Positions 47,545 through 57,685 are shown, numbered from the stretch's first letter. The stretch: 64,000 nucleotides of DNA from an uncultured Gammaproteobacteria bacterium (GCA_964522435.1 CAZFUL010000005.1:21568-85567), one strand, 5' to 3'. Numbers and translations are program-made. The notes: generated from the sequence alone by a model not told the origin.

Positions 47545-47940
47545 TTATCGATTTAAATAGGTAATGGTTATTTGCAATATAGTGGCAAAGGTGCCCCAAA
47601 GGAGATAGGGGATATTTATATAGACCACCCAACGAGCACGTGGCCATATTGCATAAAACGCCCAAATGAGTGTGCCAACCACGAGCAGAATATCAACACA
47701 GGCCAAAAGGTTGTTTTTTAATACAAATTGAATTGGGGTAAACATGGCATTAAAAAACAGGTTTAACACAAATGGTAAGGCAATGCGCGAGGGAATTTTT
47801 TTTGTGATTGCTTGATAAAAAACAAAGCCAAATGAAATAACAATTAAGATATACAGTATGGTCCAGACCGGACCAAAAAGCCATGCGGGTGGTGCCCATA
47901 ACGGCTTTATGAGGTCGCTATAGTAGGTGAGTTCGTTCAT
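47545..47940 (-). CDS. tspO: TspO/MBR family tryptophan-rich sensory protein
   Basis: Five TM helices with Trp-rich motifs (PPAWLFGPVWTILY). Confidence 0.8.
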   Translation of the reverse strand: MNELTYYSDLIKPLWAPPAWLFGPVWTILYILIVISFGFVFYQAITKKIPSRIALPFVLNLFFNAMFTPIQFVLKNNLLACVDILLVVGTLIWAFYAIWPRARWVVYINIPYLLWGTFATILQITITYLNR

Positions 47941-48004
47941 AGGAGTGTTACATTACTAAAGCATCGATGAGAGAAATTGCTCGGGGAAAGAGTTTCTTGG
48001 CTAT

Positions 48005-48280
48005 TTACTGTTCCCAACTGTTTTTTTGTTCGCCGTATTCTTCGCAGCCAATTTCAGTACCCACGAAGCTTCCATCATCTTGGCAGGTATGCCAGTTACA
48101 GCCGTCGTAATATGATTCGTCTGGTTTATATGATACGTCATTATACATGCATACGTTATCATTATACGCAGGGGCTTTATCACCTAACATTGGTGTTGTT
48201 TGACAGCCCACTACTGTTGCTAAGCAACATAGCGAAAAACATAGTTGTAAAAATTTTTTCATAGGTAGAAAGCGTAGCAT
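48005..48280 (-). CDS. small Cys-rich secreted protein or lipoprotein
   Basis: Signal peptide with a lipobox-like LATVVGC, and 8 Cys in the mature part. Confidence 0.45.
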   Translation of the reverse strand: MLRFLPMKKFLQLCFSLCCLATVVGCQTTPMLGDKAPAYNDNVCMYNDVSYKPDESYYDGCNWHTCQDDGSFVGTEIGCEEYGEQKNSWEQ

Positions 48281-48460
48281 TGATTGTTATTTCGTACAAC
48301 GTTGGTGTATATGCGATGTTTGCCGTAGCGTAGCGGAAGAAAAATTTGGCTGAGCCACGAGCCGAGGGACGAACCTTTTATCGCGTGCTGTGCGAGGGTT
48401 CTTTTTGGCTTCCTTATTATATTATTTTTTGCCAAAAAGAAAGTGAAACGACCCCTTGAG

Positions 48461-49324
48461 TTATTTTGTGACAATTTTACCTTTTGATTTAGCAATTAAA
48501 AAATCTATCATTTGCCCTGAAATATCAATATTTGTTAAATGTTGAGTAGTTGGGAAATAACAAGGGAAATTTACTTCTGCAATATAGGGATTGTTTGTTT
48601 CTTCCTCAAAAAGTATATCCACTCCTCCAAAGTCTAAACCAATAGATTGTACAGCTTTTACGGCAATTTGCTGTACATTTTCTGGGAAAACCATCGCCTC
48701 TCTCATTCTTTCTTGATTACTGCCTACATTCGACCTAAAATCTTTATTGCAGTAATTCAAATGACTTGCAATTACCTTATCTCCAAGAACAATTAATCTT
48801 CCTTGTTTTTTATGTTTAATAAATTTACGCAAAATAATATTTTTTGAGGTTGTTTTTAAATAGTCACTAAATGATTTAAGGGATTCAATCGAATCAATTT
48901 TAATAACTCCAACACCATGACTTCCTCCAGTAATTTTAATTATTAGAGGAAATCCTCCAACAAAATTTACATAATTATCTATTTGATCAAAATTACTAAA
49001 GAAATCAGGTATGGTTTGAATAATCGGAAGACCACTCGCTCTGTTAGAAAAAAAACTTGATGATCTATCATTTAATAAGTAAAAATTATCCTTATAAAAA
49101 GTTGTTGAATTACCCGCAATCCACTTTTCGATTACTCTACTTTTAGTTCCAGGTGTTGCTCTATAGAGAATTGAATCCTCTTCTATATAAGAATTTATAT
49201 AGTTAAATTCTTCTGGAATGATTTTTATAAAATCAATATTTTTATTTATACAAGATTCCTCTAATAGTGCATATCTTTTTTGACTATCTTCGTTATCTTT
49301 TTCAATAATACAATAGAACTTCAT
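48461..49324 (-). CDS. ATP-grasp domain protein (RimK/glutathione-synthetase-like)
   Basis: Segments GGSHGVGV and DFGGVDIL. The gene is very AT-rich, below backbone GC. Confidence 0.65.
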   Translation of the reverse strand: MKFYCIIEKDNEDSQKRYALLEESCINKNIDFIKIIPEEFNYINSYIEEDSILYRATPGTKSRVIEKWIAGNSTTFYKDNFYLLNDRSSSFFSNRASGLPIIQTIPDFFSNFDQIDNYVNFVGGFPLIIKITGGSHGVGVIKIDSIESLKSFSDYLKTTSKNIILRKFIKHKKQGRLIVLGDKVIASHLNYCNKDFRSNVGSNQERMREAMVFPENVQQIAVKAVQSIGLDFGGVDILFEEETNNPYIAEVNFPCYFPTTQHLTNIDISGQMIDFLIAKSKGKIVTK

Positions 49325-49406
49325 AGTTTTATCATTAAATAATAAAAATTGTCACAAAATAATTTCACATAAGGTTCGGGCGTGTCTGTTTTTTGCTGAC
49401 TCTATA

Positions 49407-49700
49407 CTATCCCAAAGCGCTAGAGCGTGCAAGTATGCACGTAGCAACAGGAAGTAGCTCTTCGGCGATAGATTTTGTGATACGACCTGGGCCACAACCA
49501 AGGTCTAGAACGCGAAATTCATGATTTAATGTTTCTTGAATTTTCTCACGGATAACGGTTTGGCGCTTGGCGAAGAAGCGGATTTCGATGCACTAAACTG
49601 TCTGCCAGCACTGAACTTGATACGAAGCACAAAGCTTCATTTAAGCACTGTACCCGCTTTTTTGCCAAACGCCTGTTAGCAGTATGTGCTTTCATTTTTC
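49407..49700 (-). pseudogene. remnant of a class I SAM-dependent methyltransferase
   Basis: Minus-strand translation gives ...FAKRQTVIREKIQETLNHEFRVLDLGCGPGRITKSIAEELLPVATC... bounded by stops, with no start codon. It contains MTase motif I (VLDLGCGPG) only. Confidence 0.45.
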
Positions 49701-50335
49701 TAAAATTTACAATTGCCATCTGTCCAAATAGCACTTAAGGATTCAAGCGGAACAATACTACAATCATAAAATGTACCTGTTGTGGTAAATTTAGTGTCAC
49801 CGTTACGTCTAAATTCTAGAAGTCTTTTTGGTGTTAGAAATTCCATTAATTCTAGAAAGAAGTTTATGTCTGTTTCGGTTAAGTCAATTTGAATTGTTTG
49901 ACCACGTTTTAAAGCAGGTATTAATTGATTGTGATAATTATTAATTTTTTCTAGATGACGGTTTAATTCGTCCCAATAAGTATATTTTGTTTCAAGTTCC
50001 TTTACAGTTTGTGTAAAGTTTGAAAAGTCAATGTCAGGGGTCTTTGAACCAAGTGCTTGGGCTAAGACTGGGAATAATAGTTTTAAACTTGAAACTTCAC
50101 TTGCAGTTGCTGCTTGTAAAAAATTTAACGGCATTGGTAGTTTGGATGGAGTCATCCCAGAATGGCAGAAGGGAATAACAGGAATGTCTCTAATCCAACC
50201 TGCACCAGCTTCAAAGTTTATCCACGGTCTTGTTATTGATTTTGGACTGCACAAGATAATTTCAATCGCGCAAGTCTTGAGTGATTGAGTAATATTGTCC
50301 AACCATTTTTGTCCATATGGTTTGTCTTTAAGCAT
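49700..50335 (-). CDS. hypothetical protein with a weak resemblance to the C-terminal half of a TIR-like fold
   Basis: Segment IILCSPKSITRPWINFEAGAGW..IPVIPF resembles the TIR betaD-alphaD-betaE region. No N-terminal TIR part is present. Low confidence. Confidence 0.3.
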   Translation of the reverse strand: MLKDKPYGQKWLDNITQSLKTCAIEIILCSPKSITRPWINFEAGAGWIRDIPVIPFCHSGMTPSKLPMPLNFLQAATASEVSSLKLLFPVLAQALGSKTPDIDFSNFTQTVKELETKYTYWDELNRHLEKINNYHNQLIPALKRGQTIQIDLTETDINFFLELMEFLTPKRLLEFRRNGDTKFTTTGTFYDCSIVPLESLSAIWTDGNCKF

Positions 50336-50621
50336 TACTGCTAACTCGCTCTTATCCGAAATGTTTTCGTATAAACAGCAATATACTGCCTTATTAGGCT
50401 ATGTGTGTATCTGTATAGGATAAATATATATTCATCATAATCTAAATAAGGGGGGTATGCAATATTCCATTAATCAGCTCGAATATGATTGATTCCTCTC
50501 GGATATTCCGCTACACTAGCTCTATTATGATGATATATACCTATTATGTACCCATTGCCGCGCCACCGCCGTTTTTGATTGATGTATAAGGGCGGTATTA
50601 TGTTTAATAATATAGTATTCT

Positions 50622-51353
50622 ATGTCAGGACATTCAAAATGGCACAATATACAAGGCCGCAAAGGCAAAGCAGATAAAGCAAAAAGTGGGCAATTTACGC
50701 GTGCGTCACGCATGATTACGGTTGCCACAAGAGAAGGTGGGGCTGATCCAGAAACAAATTTTTCGTTGCGTTTAGCAATTACCAAAGCAAAAGAAGTAAA
50801 CATGCCCAAAGACACGATTGAGCGGGCAATAAAAAAAGGCAGTGGTGAGCTAAAAGACGGCGAACAATTAGAAACATTATTATATGAAGGCTTTGGTCCA
50901 GGCGGTGTTGCCATATTAATTGATGTCTTAACAGATAATCGGAATCGTTCAGCATCAGATATTAAGCATATGGTCTCCAAACTCGGGGGCACGCTTGGTG
51001 CTCCTGGGAGTGTACAATGGCAGTTTGAAAAACGAGCGGTTATTCGTATTACGGCAGAAGTAAAACAACAGGTAGCGTCTTGGGACAGTGCTGAACTGGC
51101 GTTTATGGATGCTGGGGTATTGGATATTCAAGAATCTCAAGAAGGGGTGGTATTATTGGCAGAGCAACACGACTTTGCTCGTGTGGTTCATGCCGCCGAA
51201 AAGTTGAACATTCCGTTATCAGAATCCGGTATTGAGTGGCTACCAAAAGATACCCTGACGATAGATGACGCATCTCGTGCCGCACTCGATACATTTATGG
51301 ATACGCTCTACGATATGGATGATGTGAATACGGTCTATACCAATGCTGAATAA
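50622..51353 (+). CDS. yebC: YebC/PmpR family transcriptional regulator
   Basis: N-terminus MSGHSKWHNIQGRKG, typical of the family. Confidence 0.9.
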   Translation: MSGHSKWHNIQGRKGKADKAKSGQFTRASRMITVATREGGADPETNFSLRLAITKAKEVNMPKDTIERAIKKGSGELKDGEQLETLLYEGFGPGGVAILIDVLTDNRNRSASDIKHMVSKLGGTLGAPGSVQWQFEKRAVIRITAEVKQQVASWDSAELAFMDAGVLDIQESQEGVVLLAEQHDFARVVHAAEKLNIPLSESGIEWLPKDTLTIDDASRAALDTFMDTLYDMDDVNTVYTNAE

Positions 51354-51364
51354 TAACCGCGTAT

Positions 51365-51850
51365 ATGGCAACAACGCCAATAACAATTTTAGGTATTGAT
51401 CCGGGATATGGTCGTATTGGCTGGGGAGTAATTGAAGGAGCTCGCAATACCTGGGTGCATAAAGCCCATGGTTGTATTATGACTGACCCAAAACAATCGC
51501 TATCTGAGCGGCTCTGCGTTATTCAAGAAGATTTGCAAGAAATCATTACACGCTATAGCCCGCAAGTAGCAGGGGTAGAGTCCTTGTTTTTTAAAAAAAA
51601 TGTCACGACCGCATTACAAGTTGCGCATGCCCGTGGGGTTATGTTAGTGCTGTTGCAGCAACAGGGAATTATCCTGCATGAAATCACTCCCTTGCAGGTA
51701 AAGCAGTCAATTACTGGTTATGGCAAAGCAGATAAACTTCAGGTACAGCATATGGTGTCCTTGTTATTGGGATTAAAAGAACGGCGCTTTCAGGATGACG
51801 CTGCGGATGCCTTGGCAGTTGCGTTTGCTACTACTGCGTTTATTAGGTAG
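51365..51850 (+). CDS. ruvC: Holliday junction resolvase RuvC
   Basis: ILGIDPGYGRIGWGVIE with catalytic Asp/Glu residues. It follows yebC as in many bacteria. Confidence 0.9.
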   Translation: MATTPITILGIDPGYGRIGWGVIEGARNTWVHKAHGCIMTDPKQSLSERLCVIQEDLQEIITRYSPQVAGVESLFFKKNVTTALQVAHARGVMLVLLQQQGIILHEITPLQVKQSITGYGKADKLQVQHMVSLLLGLKERRFQDDAADALAVAFATTAFIR

Positions 51851-52010
51851 TAGTAGGTAATGATTGTATCGTACAAAAATTATTTAAAGATAGTGGTGAA
51901 GTAAGTTCTTAACAGAATTTTTTTCCCTTCTTTCACCCACAATATACATTGAGAAGGAAAGAAGGGGATGCGAGCTCAACCCAGAGGGAACTCGCGAATA
52001 GAGGGAGGTT

Positions 52011-52301
52011 TTACTCTATGTCAGTCTCCTTGAAAAAATGCTCTTTAAGGTGTGCGATGATTGCCTCCAGGTGATGTTGGTGGAGCATATAGTGATACCC
52101 CCCTGTGATGTCCTCAAGCAGTTGCACAGCAGCTGCAATGTAGGCTTTTTGCAGCTCTGTTCGCCCCGGCCCTGGCCATACAGATTCCAGAAAAATGATA
52201 AGCGTTTGTACAATCGGGATTGGGCTGTACTGTTCGAGCCCTTGTCGCTTGTTGTTATCATAGATCCAATTATGGAGTTGGGTGTATTCTTGGCTATGCA
52301 T
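52011..52301 (-). CDS. hypothetical protein
   Basis: 96-aa ORF with no domain. Confidence 0.35.
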   Translation of the reverse strand: MHSQEYTQLHNWIYDNNKRQGLEQYSPIPIVQTLIIFLESVWPGPGRTELQKAYIAAAVQLLEDITGGYHYMLHQHHLEAIIAHLKEHFFKETDIE

Positions 52302-52498
52302 GTTGTCTCCTGTACGATGTAGATCGAATGTATAGTAGCGGGTATAGTCTTGTCAAGAGTAATCTCGCCTATTGCCTATGATTGACAAATTGAATGAGTC
52401 ATGATAGTATGAACAGGTCATTAATTCTTCCCAAATACCATTGGGAGCGGACGCGGCAGGACATGCCCGGCTGATCGCCCGTTGATATATATGCATGT

Positions 52499-52837
52499 AT
52501 GTTAAGTAAACAAAAAAAGAAGAACGTCATCAAAAAGTTTCAACAACATGAAGGTGACACCGGGTCTAGCGAAGTACAAATCGCTATCCTTTCAACCGAG
52601 ATTAATGAGTTGGTTGGGCATTTAAAAATGCACCACAAAGACCATTCATCACGCCGCGGGTTACTCCGAAAAGTTGGTGAACGTCGACGTTTATTGCGTT
52701 TCTTGAAAAAAGAAAACGCAGCATCATATGAATCATTGGTACAAAAACTCAAATTAAAACAAGCTAAACAATTTGAGACAAAAGAAGAAGCACCTATCGA
52801 TGAACCAGAAGATATCATCGAAGAAGTGATTGAATAA
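52499..52837 (+). CDS. rpsO: ribosomal protein S15 with an acidic C-terminal extension
   Basis: Core GDTGSSEVQIAILSTEINELVGHLKMHHKDHSSRRGLL. A terminator lies at 52841-52868. Confidence 0.85.
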   Translation: MLSKQKKKNVIKKFQQHEGDTGSSEVQIAILSTEINELVGHLKMHHKDHSSRRGLLRKVGERRRLLRFLKKENAASYESLVQKLKLKQAKQFETKEEAPIDEPEDIIEEVIE

Positions 52838-52993
52838 CAAAAAAATCCCGACTCAGTCGGGGTTTTTTAATTAATAATGAATAACTTAAAATAACCACGC
52901 CTTGCCCGTCCTTAAAAAGGAGGGGAGGATCGCCTATTGTATTGTTTCTGTTTGACAATATAGCATTTTTGTGCTAGTATAAGCGTATCTTTT

Positions 52994-53542
52994 ATGCCAT
53001 CTTCTCAACAACTACCACTCAATCCTCTTAAACGACCAGACCAACGGGTTGGTATTTTTATTGATGTACAAAATTTATACTATAGTGCCAAGAATTTATT
53101 TGGAAAAAAAGTAAATTTTGGTCAAATTGTGAAAGAAGCCGTCGCTGGCCGTAAGTTAATTCGGGCGATTGCCTATGTGGTGCGCACCGAAACCAATGAA
53201 GAGCAACCGTTTATTGAAGCCTTGTATAATTCTGGTATTGAAACACGAGAAAAAGATTTACAAATCTATCATGGAGGTAACAAAAAAGCAGATTGGGATG
53301 TTGGCTTAACCGTTGATGCGATTCGCTTAGCCAGTAGTTTAGATGTGATTGTGCTTGTGTCTGGAGACGGTGATTATCTGCCATTGGTAGAATATTTGCA
53401 AAAAAGTAGTGGCAAACAAGTAGAATTAGTCTCATTTCGCGAAACCACCTCTAGCCGTTTGTTAGAAGAAGTGGATGATTTTATGGACGTGAGCGATGAT
53501 AGACGAAAATTTTTGATTCCGACAAAAAGAAGTAAAGCCTAA
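52994..53542 (+). CDS. NYN/LabA-like (PIN-related) domain protein
   Basis: VGIFIDVQNLYYSAK and VLVSGDGDY, which are NYN-domain acidic residues. Confidence 0.75.
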   Translation: MPSSQQLPLNPLKRPDQRVGIFIDVQNLYYSAKNLFGKKVNFGQIVKEAVAGRKLIRAIAYVVRTETNEEQPFIEALYNSGIETREKDLQIYHGGNKKADWDVGLTVDAIRLASSLDVIVLVSGDGDYLPLVEYLQKSSGKQVELVSFRETTSSRLLEEVDDFMDVSDDRRKFLIPTKRSKA

Positions 53543-53686
53543 GCGCCTGAGTTTTCTTTGTTATCTCAATTCCTTGAGTCAACGAAGAAAGCTCAGACAA
53601 CTGAGTATTATTAATCATCGTGGTCTTGAGCCATCTAGATCTTTCAAGAGATCTATCGTATCAAGATCACGGGTAACAACAGCTAT

Positions 53687-55963
53687 ATGTTGAACACCAA
53701 ACGTTGGTCTACCTCTTGGGGCGGCCGTGAACTTATTATCGAAACAGGACGCTATGCCTTATTAACGGATGCAAGCTGTACCGTGCAATACGGAGATACG
53801 GTTATTTTAGCAACCGTTGCGAAAAGTGATAGTATTCGCGAAGGCATGGATTATTTTCCCCTTACCGTGAGTTTTGAAGAAAAATTGTACGCTGCCGGAA
53901 AAATTAAAGGCAGCCGATTTATGAAACGAGAAGGACGTCCAAGTGATGAAGCGATTCTTACTGGCCGTTTGATTGATCGTGCTATCCGTCCATTATTTGA
54001 TGATAGTATCCGTCAAGAAGTGCAAGTGATTTTAACACCACTTTCAGTAGATGGTGAAAATGATGCGTCTATTACGGCATTGATTGCGGCGAGCGCTGCA
54101 CTGGCTATTTCAACGATTCCTTGGAAAGGTCCTATTGGCGCAGTGCGTGTTGGACAAACAGAAACAGGAGAATTTATTTTAAACGCGACCCTTGCAGAAT
54201 TAAAAGCAGGCGCGCTTGATTTAGTGGTTGCAGGAACACCAGAAAAATTAGTGATGGTAGAGTCTGGTGCAAAAGAAATTCCTGAACAAAAAATGATTGA
54301 CGCAATGATGTGGGGAGCAGAACAAACAAAACCGGTTATTGACTTGATTACCCGCATGCAGCAAGAGTTGGTTATTGTGAAAAAAGCACCAGAATCAGTG
54401 GTGAGTGAAGAACAAGCACAAGCAAATATGGCAGTGCGTGCGTTTGTGTCCTCTGTTGCGGACTCTATGATTTTTAATAGCGCAAAAATATCTCGTACCG
54501 AACGTAATACCATGGTTGCGGATATCAAAACTGCGGCAAAAGAAAAGTTGCTTGCGGATGGGATGGATGAAGCACTCGTGAGTAAAGCACTTGGACAAAT
54601 AAAATTATATGTAAGTGAAGAAGTGAGTAAACGTATTTTAGAAAAAAAACAACGTCTTGATGGCCGTTCAATGACAGATATTCGTGAATTGGTTATTGAT
54701 GTAGACTTACTTCCTCGTGTGCATGGTTCTGCCATGTTTATGCGTGGAGATACCCAAGCCTTATCTATTGTTACTTTAGGGGCGCCAGGGGACGTACAAA
54801 CATTAGACACCATGGAAGAAGAAGGAACAAAACGCTATATGCATCACTATAATGATGCACCATATACCTATGGTGAAGCGGGGATGATGCGTGGTCCAGG
54901 ACGCCGTGCCATTGGGCACGGAGCACTTGCGGAACGAGCGATTGAACCAGTGTTACCGGATGAAGAAACTTTCCCATACGCGATTCGTGTGGTATCTGAA
55001 GTATTAGGATCAAACGGATCAAGTTCTATGGCTTCTACCTGTGGCTCTAGTTTGTCTTTAATGGCAGCTGGTGTACCCTTGCGTACTGCTGTTGCAGGAA
55101 TTGCTATGGGATTAGCGACAAATAGTAGTGGGCAATGGGAAGTGCTCACTGATTTACAAGATGTAGAAGATGGTCCAGGTGGAATGGATTTTAAAATTGC
55201 CGGAACAATGCAGGGGATTACTGCCATGCAAATGGATACCAAAACAGAAGGATTGTCTTGGGACATTGTGAAAAAAACCATTATCCAGTCATACGAAGCG
55301 CGTGTCCGTATTTTAAAAAGCATGACGGATGTGATTGCAGAACCTCGTGCAGATTTATCTCCATATGCGCCTCGTATTGAAACCATCCGTATTGATCCAG
55401 AAAAAATTGGTGATGTTATTGGACCTGGTGGAAAAACCATTAAAAAGATTATTGAAGAAACTGGTGTTAACATTGATATTGAACAAGATGGTCGTGTCAT
55501 GATTACCTCAAACGATGCTGAAGCAATGAAAAAAGCACGCGAATGGGTGGAATTACTCACTAAAGAAGTGCAAGCAGGAGAAGTGTACGAAGGAAAAGTA
55601 GTGCGCTTAGAAGATTTTGGTGCCTTCGTGAACTTAATTCCAGGAAAAGATGGTTTGGTCCATGTCAGTGAAGTTGCTTGGGCACGTACGAATAAACCGA
55701 GTGATGTATTAAAAATGGGTGATACCGTAAAAGTGGTGGTAAAAGAAATTGATAATTTAGGACGCGTGAATTTGTCTATCAAAGCGCTTTTACCAAAACC
55801 AGAAAACATGCCAGAACAATCGTTTTCTCCTCGTCCACCAAGAAGTAATACTGGTGGCGGTGGATCTCATTCACCTCGACCGTATCAAGATCGCGGTGGT
55901 GCTGCAAGTGGCGGCGGAGACGCAGCCCCTAAAAAAAGAGGATTCTTCCGTAGAGATTCATAA
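53687..55963 (+). CDS. pnp: polynucleotide phosphorylase
   Basis: Two RNase PH domains plus KH and S1, with a Gly/Arg tail. Terminator at 55977-56004. Confidence 0.95.
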   Translation: MLNTKRWSTSWGGRELIIETGRYALLTDASCTVQYGDTVILATVAKSDSIREGMDYFPLTVSFEEKLYAAGKIKGSRFMKREGRPSDEAILTGRLIDRAIRPLFDDSIRQEVQVILTPLSVDGENDASITALIAASAALAISTIPWKGPIGAVRVGQTETGEFILNATLAELKAGALDLVVAGTPEKLVMVESGAKEIPEQKMIDAMMWGAEQTKPVIDLITRMQQELVIVKKAPESVVSEEQAQANMAVRAFVSSVADSMIFNSAKISRTERNTMVADIKTAAKEKLLADGMDEALVSKALGQIKLYVSEEVSKRILEKKQRLDGRSMTDIRELVIDVDLLPRVHGSAMFMRGDTQALSIVTLGAPGDVQTLDTMEEEGTKRYMHHYNDAPYTYGEAGMMRGPGRRAIGHGALAERAIEPVLPDEETFPYAIRVVSEVLGSNGSSSMASTCGSSLSLMAAGVPLRTAVAGIAMGLATNSSGQWEVLTDLQDVEDGPGGMDFKIAGTMQGITAMQMDTKTEGLSWDIVKKTIIQSYEARVRILKSMTDVIAEPRADLSPYAPRIETIRIDPEKIGDVIGPGGKTIKKIIEETGVNIDIEQDGRVMITSNDAEAMKKAREWVELLTKEVQAGEVYEGKVVRLEDFGAFVNLIPGKDGLVHVSEVAWARTNKPSDVLKMGDTVKVVVKEIDNLGRVNLSIKALLPKPENMPEQSFSPRPPRSNTGGGGSHSPRPYQDRGGAASGGGDAAPKKRGFFRRDS

Positions 55964-56017
55964 GTATAGATAAATAAAATCCGCTTCATCAGCGGATTTT
56001 TTTATTATTGTGCAGAG

Positions 56018-56057
56018 GTGCGGATCCCTTGGAGATACCTCTCCTTTGGATCCGCAC
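56018..56057 (-). terminator. palindromic hairpin gtgcggatcc-N20-ggatccgcac, 3' of the membrane-protein gene
   Basis: Read directly. A second copy lies at 56591-56629. Confidence 0.6.
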
Positions 56058-56065
56058 ACTGCTGT

Positions 56066-56434
56066 TCAGTTTCCTTCGCTTTTTGGCATTTTTTTGTGCG
56101 ATGTTTCCCAACAAAACGTTGTTGTGAGAAGCAGGTACAGTGTGCTATGGATTGCACAGCTGCTAGAAGGCACATTGGGGAGTGCTGTGATGAACAAAAA
56201 CCGTTGAAGGTAGAGAAGCATGAGAAACGCAGCCAACGCTATTCCCATATACCATTCACGCGTTTTGTTTTTGATGGCGAGAACCAGCAATGCACCCATG
56301 ATGAAGTGCAGAATAGTGTCTACACTACGATGGAGTGCTCCCCATCGAATCCCCATCACCCGCCATTCAAAGAGAAACATCATGAATGTAACACTCATAA
56401 AAAGAAACACTGGGTGAACAGCGAACTTCCTCAT
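56066..56434 (-). CDS. small polytopic membrane protein (paralog A)
   Basis: 122 aa with four TM helices. Paralogous to 56640..57038 (MRK..VHP.F start and an HxxxGA.L core). Confidence 0.5.
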   Translation of the reverse strand: MRKFAVHPVFLFMSVTFMMFLFEWRVMGIRWGALHRSVDTILHFIMGALLVLAIKNKTREWYMGIALAAFLMLLYLQRFLFITALPNVPSSSCAIHSTLYLLLTTTFCWETSHKKMPKSEGN

Positions 56435-56590
56435 ATATCCCCCGTATGCAAGAGAAAGGTTTGGTATATATAAGCGCGAATAGACTAATTTGTCAATAAA
56501 TTCGGGTTAGATAGAAGTGTTTGAGTATATAAAAAACCCGATACTATCGGGGGGGTGAGTTCATAGAAAGTAACGATAGGGGGGCGGCAG

Positions 56591-56629
56591 GTGCGGATCC
56601 GGGGAGATGTGTCTCTTTTGGATCCGCAC
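56591..56629 (-). terminator. second copy of the gtgcggatcc palindromic hairpin
   Basis: Same 10-bp arms as at 56018-56057, with a different loop. Confidence 0.6.
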
Positions 56630-56639
56630 GAGTCGCTGT

Positions 56640-57038
56640 TCATCGGGTGATTGGGTTTTTTTGCTCCTGGCGCAAACCGGTTAACCACCAGAACACCATC
56701 CCAACCACAATGAACATCATCGTGTGGACGAGCGCCTGAGAGGCAGTAGCCTCTGGGAACACGCTGCTGAACAGGAAGCGTTGAAACGTCAGCAGCATGA
56801 TGATGACTGCAATCGCCATCACGCTGCGCCATTGCTCACGGTTGTTTTTCATCAGGAAGACGAACAATGCACCTACGATCAGGTGCAGAATCGTATTCAT
56901 GATCATGAGGAGGGTGTTGATTTTCCCCCAGTGAAGGCCGATCAGGTAGTGATCGATGGCATGGAAGAGTACTACTCCTGCGACCAGCAGCAGGGGAAAC
57001 AGGGGATGAACAACGATCTTTCTCATAGAAGCCTCCAT
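56640..57038 (-). CDS. small polytopic membrane protein (paralog B, higher GC)
   Basis: 132 aa. See paralog A. Confidence 0.5.
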   Translation of the reverse strand: MEASMRKIVVHPLFPLLLVAGVVLFHAIDHYLIGLHWGKINTLLMIMNTILHLIVGALFVFLMKNNREQWRSVMAIAVIIMLLTFQRFLFSSVFPEATASQALVHTMMFIVVGMVFWWLTGLRQEQKNPITR

Positions 57039-57120
57039 TTCGCTGAGAGAAAGTAGGAGTATATAAACTCAAAAAGAAGGAACTGTCAATCATGTATCAT
57101 GTTGTGATATAGAAAACAAT

Positions 57121-57240
57121 AGATCCTTTTGTCATTCCGAGCGGAGCCCGCAGGGCATAGTCGAGGAATCTTTAATAGATGGTTTGTTATATAAAGAATA
57201 TATTATAGATCCCTCGACTCCCTTTGGTCGCTCGGGATGA
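57121..57240. repeat. long imperfect inverted repeat (tgtcattccgagcg...cgctcgggatgaca) around an AT-rich core
   Basis: Arms of about 35 bp with several mismatches, 3' of the NUDIX gene. Confidence 0.5.
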
Positions 57241-57274
57241 CAATATAATTGATGTTAATTTATTAGTGGTAGAT

Positions 57275-57685
57275 TTATACACCCAAAGGAGAATAGCCTT
57301 GTGTAAGTAAATTTTGTATAGGAATAAATAATTGTTCGGGTAAGTTGTTCCAGTCAAACCATTCCCAGGTTTCACATTTATCTGGTTCCATAATCGTGAC
57401 GTCACCAGCGTCATAGTCGCAGACCATAGAAATAGTAATATAGTGTTTTTGTTCATCTAAAAAAATATCATTTGTTGCCGTACCAAATCGGATATTTTTC
57501 ACCGTAATGCCTGTTTCTTCCATTACTTCTCGCTTCACACAGTCTTCCCAAGATTCACCATATTCAAGATGTCCTCCTGGAAATGCCCATGAGCCAGTAC
57601 CGTGCGCATTTTTTCTTTTTCCAAGTAGCACTTTTCCATTTTTTATAATGGCAACGCCTATGCCTACTTTTGGTCTGTCGGTCAT
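57275..57685 (-). CDS. NUDIX hydrolase
   Basis: Nudix box GGHLEYGESWEDCVKREVMEETGI. Confidence 0.85.
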   Translation of the reverse strand: MTDRPKVGIGVAIIKNGKVLLGKRKNAHGTGSWAFPGGHLEYGESWEDCVKREVMEETGITVKNIRFGTATNDIFLDEQKHYITISMVCDYDAGDVTIMEPDKCETWEWFDWNNLPEQLFIPIQNLLTQGYSPLGV

